DNA from: an uncultured bacterium
Lineage (GTDB): Bacteria > Babelota > Babeliae > Babelales > Vermiphilaceae
DNA length: 64,000 nt
Reading direction: 5' to 3'
Assembly (NCBI GenBank): GCA_963695335.1
Contig: OY968764.1
Span: forward strand, 256,001-320,000
Shown here: positions 47,986 to 57,748 of the stretch, piece by piece
Position numbering within the stretch: the stretch's first letter is position 1
Layout: every line of letters begins with the position of its first letter
Position numbers and translations under genes: made by a program
Notes under the pieces: generated by a model
What the model saw: the letters and a program-made list of their open reading frames with translations, nothing else
Told to the model about the DNA's origin: nothing
Database searches by the model: none

Positions 47986-49047
47986 GTGAAACTTGTTGAC
48001 GTAATAGACGAATTAGTTGAAGAGCGTGGATTAAAAAAAGAGTCGTTGGGCGCGATAGTATGCGAAGGTATGCTTGCAGCTTATCAGCGGAAATATCCAG
48101 ATTTAATCCTTAAGGCAGAAGAAGATCCGGTTACGGGTGATCTTGTTGTGCTCGTTCAAAAAACAGTTGTTGCGTCTGTTGAAGATGATTACAATCAAAT
48201 CAGTTTAAAAAAAGCTCGCAATATTAACAAAGACGCTGCTCTAGATGATGTCATCTGGCTTCCTTTTGAGGGAACGATTGGTCGAGTGGAAGTTTTAAGA
48301 GCTCGTCAAGTTATTGCAACTCGCATCAAACAAGTTGAAGCTCAAATTGTTTATGATCAGTTTAAAGATAAACGTGGCCAAATCATTGTTGGCACTATCC
48401 ATAAAGCCGAACGTAACGGAGTATCTGTTAAGTTTGGCGATGTTTATGCATTCTTGCCATATTCTCTCTCTATTCCTGGTGAAAGATTTGCTGTTGGATA
48501 TACCGTTAAAGCATTGTTAAAAGAAGTGTTGCTAGAGCCACAGGGTGATAGCCAGCTTGTTTTAGATCGTGTTTCGCCAGAATTTTTAGAAGCTTTATTT
48601 GCTTTAGAAATTCCAGAAGTCTTTGAGAAGTTAGTTGAAATTAAAAAAATAGTTCGCTCTCCTGGTTATAAATCAAAAGTTGCTGTTTTTTCACACGATA
48701 GAAACATCGATCCTGTTGGTACATGTGTTGGTGTTGGTGGTAGTCGTATAAAGCCTATATTAAAAGAGCTTGGCGGCGAAACAATAGATGTTTTTTTATG
48801 GAGCGACGTTTTACCGTTGTTTGTGAAAAATTCTTTAAAGCCAGCTGTTATTGACCGAGTAGAAATAAGTGCTGACAATACAATTGCTCGTGTTTGGCTT
48901 GCTGAAGACCAAAGACCGTTTGCTATTGGAAAAAGTGGGCAAAATATATCATTAGCTTCTCAAATTACTGGAGTTACTATTCAGTTGATTCGTGAAGATG
49001 GAGAAAAAAAAGAAGAAAGTTCTAATCAAGTGTTAACTGATGATTAA
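47986..49047 (+). CDS. nusA: Transcription termination/antitermination factor NusA
   Basis: E.PEV, RSPGYKSKVAV, DPVGTCVGVGGSRI, AIGKSGQNI; GTG start behind GAGG. Confidence 0.96.
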   Translation: MKLVDVIDELVEERGLKKESLGAIVCEGMLAAYQRKYPDLILKAEEDPVTGDLVVLVQKTVVASVEDDYNQISLKKARNINKDAALDDVIWLPFEGTIGRVEVLRARQVIATRIKQVEAQIVYDQFKDKRGQIIVGTIHKAERNGVSVKFGDVYAFLPYSLSIPGERFAVGYTVKALLKEVLLEPQGDSQLVLDRVSPEFLEALFALEIPEVFEKLVEIKKIVRSPGYKSKVAVFSHDRNIDPVGTCVGVGGSRIKPILKELGGETIDVFLWSDVLPLFVKNSLKPAVIDRVEISADNTIARVWLAEDQRPFAIGKSGQNISLASQITGVTIQLIREDGEKKEESSNQVLTDD

Positions 49048-49080
49048 TTTTAGAAAAAAAGAGATAGTTAATTTTTTATT

Positions 49081-51114
49081 ATGCGAATATATGAATTTGC
49101 TCAATTACATAATATTTCAAGCAAAGATCTTGTAGAAAAATTGCAAAAGCAGGGCTTTGATGTAAAAAGCCATATGTCTCTTTTGGATGAAAAAGCACTT
49201 TCTTTTTTGAATAAATCATTTACAAATGCTGATAAAAATGAGCACAAAAATGAACCGTTAAAAGAACCAAAATCTCCTAGTACGATTGAAAAGCCAGTGT
49301 TACAAACTTCACCAGTAAAAGCTCAAAAATCTTTAAAAACTTCTAAAGACAAAAAACAGCAATTTGTTTCTGACAAAAAAGAACATCTTGTAAAAGAGCA
49401 GCAAAAAGAAGTTCCTGTTGAGTTGGTTGTTCGTCAAATGAGTGTATTGGATCTTGCTGATAAAATAAAAAAACCTGTCACTGATATTATTATTACGTTG
49501 CTTAAATGGGGAGTTATGGCAACGAAGAATCAAATTATCCCCGAATCAATGGTTCAGCGACTCGCTGAGCATTATGAAGTTTCTATCATTAAAGCTACTG
49601 ACAAACAAGAAAAAGCAGAAATACGTAGACAATCAACAACTGGCACAGCTCTCGAAAAAAGAGAACCGGTCGTTGTTGTAGTTGGTCACGTTGATCATGG
49701 AAAAACAACGTTGCTTGATTATATCAGAAAAACCCGTGTTGCCTTTAAAGAAAAGGGCGGAATAACACAGCATTTGGGTGCGTATGAAGCAACAACTCCC
49801 CATGGAAATATTGTTTTTTTAGATACTCCTGGCCACGAAGCGTTTGTTAAGATTAGACAACGTGGCATACGTGTTGCAGATATTGTTATTTTGATTGTTG
49901 CAGCTGATGATGGTGTTATGCCTCAAACCGTTGAAGCAATTAAATATGCTCTTTCTTCAAAAGCACCAATCGTTGTTGCGATAAACAAAGTTGATAAAGT
50001 TGATGCAGCTCGCCTTGATGTTGTTAAAAGACAACTCAATCAACATGGTATTACCGTAGAAGATTGGGGCGGAGACGTTATCTGTGTTCCAATTTCAGCA
50101 AAAACAGGTCAAGGTGTTGATCGTTTGCTTGAAATGTTAAGCTTACAAGCTGAAATGATGGAGTTACGAGCAGAAATTAATGTTCCAGCGAGTGGATATA
50201 TTTTAGAATCAAGCATAGAAATAGGGCGTGGTTCTGTTGCGACAGTTATTGCGCAAAATGGAATTTTAAAAGTTGGTGATTACATGTTGTGCGGAAATAC
50301 AACAGGTCACATTAGTTCATTATTCGATTCACATGGCAAACGCGTCAAAGAAGTGCATCCATCGATTCCAGCTCAAGCAGCAGGTTTTGACGGTCGACCA
50401 GAGGCTGGAGATTTTTTTAGAGTTGTATCAAAAGAAGAATATTTAAAAGCACGTTCTACGGGCGGCGAAGCTAAAGTATCTCTTGCTGGTAAACGTTTGA
50501 TGCATGAAAAAGGCATTAATCTTATTGTTAAAGCTGATAATCATTCATCCCTTGAAGCGGTTGTAGAAGAGATTGATCGACTTTCTAAAAAAGTACAAAA
50601 AGGTTTTAATATTTTACGTCAAGATGTTGGTAATATTAATGAGAGTGATGTTGAATTTGCATTCAATTCAGGAGCTCGCATTGTTTGCTTTAATATAAAA
50701 GCTGAATCAAACGCTCAAGAGCTTGCTGATCGTAAAAAAGTAACAATTTTACATTATGGTATTATTTATAAACTTCTTGAAGCTTTACATGCAATTGCTG
50801 AATCAGAAAAAGATATAGAAATGGTTCGCACCAAGATTGGTGAGGCTACCGTTTTACGTGTGTTTGATATTAAAAAAGTTGGTGTTATTGCTGGTGCAGT
50901 TGTGCGCGATGGTAGATTTACTCGCGAAGGTATTCTTGTTATTTGGCGAGGGAAAACAAAAGTTGGAGAAGGTAAAATTTCAAGCTTACAACGTGATAAA
51001 AAATCAGTGAAAGAAGTGCAGACTGGTTTTGAATGTGCATTCATGGTGCATAATTTTGTTGATTGGCAAGAAGATGACCGCGTGGAATGCTTTATTGATA
51101 TTCCAAAAAAATAA
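49081..51114 (+). CDS. infB: Translation initiation factor IF-2
   Basis: [45 protein letters not shown]. Confidence 0.98.
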   Translation: MRIYEFAQLHNISSKDLVEKLQKQGFDVKSHMSLLDEKALSFLNKSFTNADKNEHKNEPLKEPKSPSTIEKPVLQTSPVKAQKSLKTSKDKKQQFVSDKKEHLVKEQQKEVPVELVVRQMSVLDLADKIKKPVTDIIITLLKWGVMATKNQIIPESMVQRLAEHYEVSIIKATDKQEKAEIRRQSTTGTALEKREPVVVVVGHVDHGKTTLLDYIRKTRVAFKEKGGITQHLGAYEATTPHGNIVFLDTPGHEAFVKIRQRGIRVADIVILIVAADDGVMPQTVEAIKYALSSKAPIVVAINKVDKVDAARLDVVKRQLNQHGITVEDWGGDVICVPISAKTGQGVDRLLEMLSLQAEMMELRAEINVPASGYILESSIEIGRGSVATVIAQNGILKVGDYMLCGNTTGHISSLFDSHGKRVKEVHPSIPAQAAGFDGRPEAGDFFRVVSKEEYLKARSTGGEAKVSLAGKRLMHEKGINLIVKADNHSSLEAVVEEIDRLSKKVQKGFNILRQDVGNINESDVEFAFNSGARIVCFNIKAESNAQELADRKKVTILHYGIIYKLLEALHAIAESEKDIEMVRTKIGEATVLRVFDIKKVGVIAGAVVRDGRFTREGILVIWRGKTKVGEGKISSLQRDKKSVKEVQTGFECAFMVHNFVDWQEDDRVECFIDIPKK

Positions 51115-51208
51115 AGAAATTAAATTTTTTGTAAAAATGAAAAAATGTGACGCTATAATTATTATTATGGCGTCTTTTTTAATGGTGAATAAAAGGAGAG
51201 ATATTTGT

Positions 51209-52894
51209 ATGAAAGCAACTTCTGAAGTTTCTACTTTAATTGAAAAAGTGCGTAATTCTTCCGTAAAATTTATTGTTGTCACTGGTGGCGTTTGTTCATC
51301 TATTGGTAAAGGCATTTTGATTGCATCTCTTGGTGTTATTTTAAAGGGGGCAGGGTATTCGGTCTCTATTGTAAAGTGGGATCCTTATTTGAATGTTGAT
51401 CCAGGCACTATGTCTCCACTTGTTCATGGTGAAGTTTTTGTGACAGCTGATGGTGCTGAAACCGATTTGGACCTTGGTCATTATGAGCGATTGGTGGGGC
51501 TTAACTTGGAAAGAGATTCTTCTGTTTCATCAGGTCAGATTTATAAAGAAGTGCTTGATGGAGAGCGAGAAGGAAAATTTTTAGGTAAATGTATACAGTT
51601 GGTTCCTCATGCTGTTGATGTTGCAAAAAAACGGCTTTTGGAATATGCACTGCGTCATGATGTTGATTTTGTTTTATTAGAAATAGGCGGCACGGTTGGA
51701 GATATAGAAGGGGAACTATTTTTAGAAGCTATCCGTCAACTTAAAATGGATTTGGGCTCGCAACATATGATGCATGCGCATTTGAGTTTGGTTCCTTTTT
51801 TAAACTGGGCGAATGAAGTTAAAACAAAACCAACGCAACATAGTGTTATGGAATTAAAGCGTGCAGGATTAGTGCCAGATTGTTTGTTTTTGCGTACAGA
51901 TAAAGCAATTGATCAGCAATCAATAGATAAACTTTCTGTTATGTGTGAAGTAAAAAAGGACTATATTTTTCAGGTATTAACATACGACCCGGTGTATAGA
52001 ATATTTCTTGAATTAGATAATCAGAATATTGGTGAAAGAATTCAAGATTTTTTTAAACTTTCACGCATACAAAAATCAGACATATCAGATTGGCAACAGT
52101 TTGTTAATCAAATTGGTGAAAGTAAAGAAAATATAACAATTGGACTTGTTTCAAAATACGTTGGCAGCAATGATCCTTATATTAGTGTGTTTGAAGCGAT
52201 TAAATCTGCAGCATATAATGCACATCGTCGTGTTACTATTGTGACTATTGAAGCAGAAAAACTCAGTCAGGATTGTAACGATCAAGAAAACAGCAAAGCA
52301 TGGCAAGATTTGAAAGCAGTTGATGGCATTGTGGTCCCAGGAGGATTTGATTCGCGAGGAGTTGAAGGTAAAATTTTAGCATGTACATGGGCTCGTGAAC
52401 ACAAGATACCTTATTTAGGATTGTGTCTTGGTATGCAGGTAATGATTATAGAAGCTGCCCGTTCATTGTTGCAGCTTTCTACAGCAAATAGTACAGAGTT
52501 TGATAAGCAGACAAAAGATCCAGTTATATGTTTAATGAGTGAGCAGAAAGATATTATCACCAAAGGGGCGAATATGCGTCTTGGCTCATATTTGTGTGCG
52601 CTTTCTGAAGGGACGCGTGCGCACAGAGCATACAAAATGGATATAGTTTCTGAAAGACATAGACATCGTTATGAGGTGAACAAAGAATATAAGCAACGGT
52701 TTGAGGATGCAGGAATTGTGTTTTCTGGAATAAATACAACTATGGATTTGGTTGAAATATCAGAAATCAAAGATCATCCGTTTATGGTTGGAGCACAATT
52801 TCATCCAGAATTTCAATCTTCACCAATTAAAGTACACCCTTTATTTAAGGACTTTATTGGTGCGGTAGTGGAGCGAGTGGCCGAAAAAGAGTAA
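51209..52894 (+). CDS. pyrG: CTP synthase
   Basis: TGGV.SSIGKG, DPYLNVDPGTMSP, ETDLDLGHYER, GLCLGMQ, ERHRHRYE, QFHPEF; start behind AGGAG. Confidence 0.98.
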   Translation: MKATSEVSTLIEKVRNSSVKFIVVTGGVCSSIGKGILIASLGVILKGAGYSVSIVKWDPYLNVDPGTMSPLVHGEVFVTADGAETDLDLGHYERLVGLNLERDSSVSSGQIYKEVLDGEREGKFLGKCIQLVPHAVDVAKKRLLEYALRHDVDFVLLEIGGTVGDIEGELFLEAIRQLKMDLGSQHMMHAHLSLVPFLNWANEVKTKPTQHSVMELKRAGLVPDCLFLRTDKAIDQQSIDKLSVMCEVKKDYIFQVLTYDPVYRIFLELDNQNIGERIQDFFKLSRIQKSDISDWQQFVNQIGESKENITIGLVSKYVGSNDPYISVFEAIKSAAYNAHRRVTIVTIEAEKLSQDCNDQENSKAWQDLKAVDGIVVPGGFDSRGVEGKILACTWAREHKIPYLGLCLGMQVMIIEAARSLLQLSTANSTEFDKQTKDPVICLMSEQKDIITKGANMRLGSYLCALSEGTRAHRAYKMDIVSERHRHRYEVNKEYKQRFEDAGIVFSGINTTMDLVEISEIKDHPFMVGAQFHPEFQSSPIKVHPLFKDFIGAVVERVAEKE

Positions 52895-53038
52895 AATTAA
52901 AATGTGTTGCTTTTTGTTGTTTTTTAAATAAAACAACATTTATTTTTGAAAACCTCTTTAAAATGCGATGTTTTTTGTTGTTGCACAAATTTGATTTAAA
53001 AAAAAATTGTTTTTTATCAGATCATGTTCAGAATTAGT

Positions 53039-53202
53039 AGTGCTTTTAATTGTTTTGATTCCTTTTTTATTAGTGGTTAGTTGAAAAGGGATGTTTGAAA
53101 GCACTGTTTAGTGACGGGATAATGGATTATATTTTTGGATATATACTACAATTTCTTCTTAGCTCATTTTTTGGAAATATAATCTATTATCTCAGTTTCT
53201 AA
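53039..53202 (+). ncRNA. Candidate structured RNA (two long stem-loops)
   Basis: Stem 53116-53136/53173-53193 pairs 21/21 with 4 G-U; stem 53039-53048/53096-53105 with inner helix; wobbles work only on the plus strand. Confidence 0.4.
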
Positions 53203-53227
53203 TAAAAACCAAAGATTTTTCTTTTGT

Positions 53228-53311
53228 GTTCGTTTCCTTCGACAAGCTCAGGACGAACGGATTAGAAAATTTTTATTTCCGTTCGTATTGAGCCTGTCGA
53301 AATATACGAAC
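53228..53311. repeat. Inverted pair of family A REP-like elements
   Basis: gttcgtttccttcgacaagctcaggacgaacgg ... ccgttcgtattgagcctgtcgaaatatacgaac. Confidence 0.82.
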
Positions 53312-53312
53312 T

Positions 53313-54206
53313 TCATTCTTTTTCCTCAACATGCAGCAACTTCTTTGTTTTCTTATCTAGCAATCCCAACAAAACGTCCATATTCCTTCTATCATCAGAA
53401 AGATCTTCTTTTGGAGTTTCTAAAATTTTAGGAACATCAAACAATTTTGGATCATTGCATAAAAGTTCAAATGCTTTGAGTCCAATTTTTCCTTTTCCAA
53501 TATCAGCATGACGGTCAACAGAAGAACCAAGACCTTGTTTTGAATCATTCACGTGAATAGCTTTAAGCCTGTTAATACCAATGATTGTATCAAACTGTTG
53601 CCACATGTGATGATACGATTTTTCATCACTCAAATCATATCCTGCGGTAAATACGTGGCATGTATCCAAACATACACCAAGTCTATTTTTATGTTTTGAA
53701 TGTTTAATGATGTCGGCCAGTTGTTCAAAACTGTTTCCTATGTTTGTCCCTTGGCCGGCCATAGTTTCAAGTAAGATAGAGGTTTTTGGATGCGTATCAA
53801 ACAGATCATCTAAATTTTTACTGATACGTTTAAGGCATTCTTGCTCGTCAGAGTTAGAATGTGATCCGGGGTGCAGTACAAGGTAGGGAATACGAAGTTG
53901 TGCGCACCGGTCTATTTCTATCCCAAGTGCGTGAACTGACTTATGTTCAATCTCTTTGTTGGGTGATCCAATATTAATAAGATACGATGCATGCGCAATG
54001 ATGGATGTTATAGAAGAGTTTTTCCAAGCATCTTTGAACGCTGCTGCTTCTTTGTCTGAAATAGGCTTTGCATGCCATTGGCGGTTACTTTTGGTAAATA
54101 TTTGAATTGCAGTACAACCAATTGATTCTCCGCGTTCTATAGCATTAGCTGGTTCGCCTGATATAGACATGTGAGCGCCGTATAAAAATGAATGCTTTTT
54201 TTTCAT
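53313..54206 (-). CDS. nfo: Endonuclease IV
   Basis: GAHMS, HASYLIN, HPGSH, LETMAGQG, CLDTCH, HVNDSK, DRH, ILETP. Confidence 0.97.
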   Translation of the reverse strand: MKKKHSFLYGAHMSISGEPANAIERGESIGCTAIQIFTKSNRQWHAKPISDKEAAAFKDAWKNSSITSIIAHASYLINIGSPNKEIEHKSVHALGIEIDRCAQLRIPYLVLHPGSHSNSDEQECLKRISKNLDDLFDTHPKTSILLETMAGQGTNIGNSFEQLADIIKHSKHKNRLGVCLDTCHVFTAGYDLSDEKSYHHMWQQFDTIIGINRLKAIHVNDSKQGLGSSVDRHADIGKGKIGLKAFELLCNDPKLFDVPKILETPKEDLSDDRRNMDVLLGLLDKKTKKLLHVEEKE

Positions 54207-54354
54207 AAAAATCCTTTTGTAGAAGGGTTAAAAGAGTTATTTGAGTTGACAAATTAGCCTAATCAAGTACTCTGATTTAAAGTAATCTATTCAGATAAAA
54301 TTTCGAATTTTTTACCATTCTATCATTTTTTATCATCCAGGAATAAAGGAAGAC

Positions 54355-56286
54355 ATGCGTATTAAGGGATATTTATTAGCATTTGCTGCATTGCAATGCT
54401 TTGCTACGGGCTTATTACAAGCCGATTTAAGGTCAACATCAGGCGATGTTGAATATATTTTTTCAGGGGTATTTAAGCCAGAAACTTTTTATGGTAGAAA
54501 TATCAATTGGCAGAATAATGATAATGAATTTGATCGATCTATTGTTTCTAAGCATACATTAGATCTTTCTGTGGATCTTTTGTATGGTGCGCAAACATAC
54601 GGGGAAAATATTGCAGAGTGTTTATTCCAAATGCGTAATAAGGGAATATGGGGAGCTCCTGAAAGTATAGCAAGTACAACGTTTGCCGATATTAAAATTC
54701 TTGATGCAATTCGAGGATCACATAATCATGGTTTTCCTCGACATGTTTTTTGGATTAGACAGTTGTGGTTACGTTTTAATATTGATAAAGTATTTGGTAT
54801 ACCTTTCAAAAATAAACATACGTTTACTGTTGGAGCATTTCCTTTCCAATTGGGCAGAGGTATTGCGCTTGGTGATTCATATGCATCAGCGCCTGAAGTA
54901 CTTGGTTTTTGGGCTGACAGCTTTGTTGATCAATATGCATTTGGTGCAAAATTTTCAGGAGAGATTTTTCCTAAGATTGTATCATATGATGTGTATGCTG
55001 CCATTTTACAAAATAGTAGTACAGGTCTTTCTGATACGGAAAAAGTTATCTATGCACAAGCAATTGATCGTACAGATAAAGAACTTAAACGTGGTTTTGG
55101 CCATGTCAATTATATCATAGCTGGGCGTTTTAATTGGAATGTGTTTGATAACGAATGGCTTGGAAGATTAGCTCTTGAACCTTATGGTATGTATAATAAT
55201 GATCCTGAACAAAAAATAGAATTCCCAGCAGATGCTTCAAGCAAACTTGGCACCGCAGGATTAGCGGGTGAGTTTTTTGGTAAACGTTTTGAATGTGGTT
55301 TTGATTATGCTGTTAACTTTGGTCAACAGCGTGTGCATGGTTGGGATCGTAATATTATTAAAGAAAACAATAATAAAGCGGTTGTCGTTTTAGTTAATGA
55401 TAAGGTGATTGCTACGTACACCAATTTGCAAGGTGAGGAAGTGACTGAACAAGCTCCTTTTGTTCCTAAAAGTAAAGCTCAGGAAGTTATTAACACAACT
55501 GATAGAGATGAACTGCAAAATGGGCAACAGATTGGAGAAGTTGATTCCTTGGGTTATTTAATGAATCAACCAGGAACTGAAATTATTCTGAAGAATAGCA
55601 AAGACCGTTTTGGTAATAAATATACTAATCTTTATAAAGGTTGGATGTTTGTAGCTGATGCTGGTTACTGGTTCCGTGACAAGAATTTATTCTGGTCAGT
55701 TGCTGGCGGTGTTGCTTCTGGTGATGATAATCCTAATTTTGAAACTAAAGATGGCAACTATAATGGATTCATTGGATTGCAACAAACGTATTCTGGTAAA
55801 CGTGTCAGAAGCGTGTACTTGCTTGGTGGAGCAGGAAAATTAAAACGACCGTTTTCAACTCCATCTCAAAATCAATTACAGGCACCAAATACAAAAGCTC
55901 AGAACATTTCTGGATTATCTAATTTGGTTTTCTGTGGAACAGCATTAAAATGGACTCCAAAATCATGGGCAAAGTTTTTTGAAGTCAATCCTAACGTGTA
56001 TGCTTACTGGCAAGAACATCAGATTGGTAATGCGCGTACGTTCCTTGGAACAGAAGCAAATATTTTCATTAATTATAGTTTGCTTAAAGATTTGAAAATT
56101 TTCTGGGTATCTTCTATGTTCTTCCCTGGATCACATTATGCAGATCGTAAAGATGCGACTGTTTTGACGCCTGAAGAAGCGGCATTTTATAATAGTTCTA
56201 ATCCGACAAGTATAAAAGATCGTATTCCTAATTTGGGCAATGATATTGGATATACATTTAACTTAGGTTTAATTTATACATTTTAA
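54355..56286 (+). CDS. Putative outer-membrane beta-barrel protein
   Basis: Signal peptide, amphipathic strands, LGRGIALG, ASGDD, C-terminal beta-signal LGLIYTF. Confidence 0.7.
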   Translation: MRIKGYLLAFAALQCFATGLLQADLRSTSGDVEYIFSGVFKPETFYGRNINWQNNDNEFDRSIVSKHTLDLSVDLLYGAQTYGENIAECLFQMRNKGIWGAPESIASTTFADIKILDAIRGSHNHGFPRHVFWIRQLWLRFNIDKVFGIPFKNKHTFTVGAFPFQLGRGIALGDSYASAPEVLGFWADSFVDQYAFGAKFSGEIFPKIVSYDVYAAILQNSSTGLSDTEKVIYAQAIDRTDKELKRGFGHVNYIIAGRFNWNVFDNEWLGRLALEPYGMYNNDPEQKIEFPADASSKLGTAGLAGEFFGKRFECGFDYAVNFGQQRVHGWDRNIIKENNNKAVVVLVNDKVIATYTNLQGEEVTEQAPFVPKSKAQEVINTTDRDELQNGQQIGEVDSLGYLMNQPGTEIILKNSKDRFGNKYTNLYKGWMFVADAGYWFRDKNLFWSVAGGVASGDDNPNFETKDGNYNGFIGLQQTYSGKRVRSVYLLGGAGKLKRPFSTPSQNQLQAPNTKAQNISGLSNLVFCGTALKWTPKSWAKFFEVNPNVYAYWQEHQIGNARTFLGTEANIFINYSLLKDLKIFWVSSMFFPGSHYADRKDATVLTPEEAAFYNSSNPTSIKDRIPNLGNDIGYTFNLGLIYTF

Positions 56287-56308
56287 ATAATTTGTTTTGA
56301 TGAAAAGT

Positions 56309-56347
56309 AAAAAGAGCACTTACAAAGTTGTAAGTGCTCTTTTTTTG
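56309..56347 (+). terminator. Intrinsic terminator
   Basis: agagcacttaca-aagt-tgtaagtgctct followed by a T run. Confidence 0.85.
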
Positions 56348-56399
56348 TGTAATATTACCATGCTGAGAATACTTTCAAGCGTAAAAAATAGGAGAAAAA

Positions 56400-57011
56400 G
56401 TGAGTACAATTGCGAGTATTGTATTTTGTTTGTGCGCAGCTATTCCTGTAATGGGTATGGAAAAAGAGCTGCAACACATAAAAAAAGAGAAGAGGTCATT
56501 ACTTATAACCCCTGAAGAAAATAAAAAATTTGTTTCTTTTATGGAAGATCGTCTAGTTTTTTGTAGACAAGTTGTTTCTGTGAAGTATCTTCCCCAAGAT
56601 AACCCCATATATACTATTCAACAGATGTTATTTGTAGATTATTTAAAAGATTGTGACAATGATGTCTTACAGCTTATTAAATCTCAAGAATTAGAAGAGC
56701 GAATTAATCATTACAAAAAGAATGCTGATTCAAGCAGGGTAGTTAAGTTTTGTTTATGTCAAATTAAGAGTAAAGATGGCGACGTGAAGGAAGCGCGTAA
56801 TTGTGCGGCAAAAAATCGACAAATAATTGCCGAGATAGAGTTGTCTCATTTGCAACAAAAGTATTCGTATTGTTATATGGGTGATGATTCTATAACAGGA
56901 AAAATAAATTATATGAAGCGCAATGCAGAATACCCAACAGATGAAAAAGCGATAAAAGATTTTATAGCTTTATTGATTTATCAGGTTATATTTGCGTATC
57001 AAACGCATTAA
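56400..57011 (+). CDS. Secreted orphan protein (tandem paralog 1)
   Basis: VMG|MEKE; DNDVL..IK.Q.LEERIN.YK; YPTDEKAIKDFIALL.YQ.IFA. Confidence 0.75.
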   Translation: MSTIASIVFCLCAAIPVMGMEKELQHIKKEKRSLLITPEENKKFVSFMEDRLVFCRQVVSVKYLPQDNPIYTIQQMLFVDYLKDCDNDVLQLIKSQELEERINHYKKNADSSRVVKFCLCQIKSKDGDVKEARNCAAKNRQIIAEIELSHLQQKYSYCYMGDDSITGKINYMKRNAEYPTDEKAIKDFIALLIYQVIFAYQTH

Positions 57012-57023
57012 AAATAGAAAAGG

Positions 57024-57620
57024 ATGTTTCAGATGAATAGATTGATGATTACAGTTGTAAGTTTGCTGATTGCAGCTCCTGTCATGGCCATGGAATTGAA
57101 TAAGCAAAAAACAGCACTGAGCATATCAAAAAAAGAAAATAAATCATTTATTGATAGCATATCTAATACCATTCTAGCTATAGATACAAATAATAGAATT
57201 TCCTCGCAAAATTCTATTTTATGTATATTGAATAAAATAGCAAAAGATGTTGAATCATCGGATAATCATGTTTTAAGTATGATTAAGATTCAAAAATTAG
57301 AAGATCGCATTAATGGGTATAAAAATGATGATAATGCTGATCCAATATTGCAATTTATGTTGAATGAAATTCAAGATAAACCGAACAGCATTAAAGAAAA
57401 AAAAGCAAAAAGTTTTGTGATAACATATCGTATAACACGAGCATCATTAATATTAAAAAAATTGAGACCCCAATATTATCCTATATCTAGGTGGTCAAAC
57501 TTTGATGAAATGGTAGATTTTGTTTTGATGAATACTAAATATCCACTAGATGAAGAGGCAATAAAAGATTTTGTAGCTATGCTTCTTTATCAAATGATAT
57601 TTGCTCAGCAGATTGATTAA
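57024..57620 (+). CDS. Secreted orphan protein (tandem paralog 2)
   Basis: VMA|MELN; DNHVL..IK.Q.LEDRIN.YK; YPLDEEAIKDFVAMLLYQMIFA. Confidence 0.75.
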   Translation: MFQMNRLMITVVSLLIAAPVMAMELNKQKTALSISKKENKSFIDSISNTILAIDTNNRISSQNSILCILNKIAKDVESSDNHVLSMIKIQKLEDRINGYKNDDNADPILQFMLNEIQDKPNSIKEKKAKSFVITYRITRASLILKKLRPQYYPISRWSNFDEMVDFVLMNTKYPLDEEAIKDFVAMLLYQMIFAQQID

Positions 57621-57639
57621 ATTTAACTATGAGACTTGT

Positions 57640-57678
57640 AGGGTAGCACCGCAATAAGCGCGTGTTACCCTTTTTTTT
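57640..57678 (+). terminator. Intrinsic terminator
   Basis: agggtagcac...gtgttaccct followed by a T run. Confidence 0.7.
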
Positions 57679-57748
57679 GGTTATGATATACTAAAATTAT
57701 TACATCTTTTTTTGCTGAAGAGCAGTTTTTATTTTTTAAGGATTAGAT

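Noticed and set aside
51029..51208. Long N-terminus of pyrG overlapping infB
   Set aside because: AGGAG precedes ATG 51209 and homology begins after it
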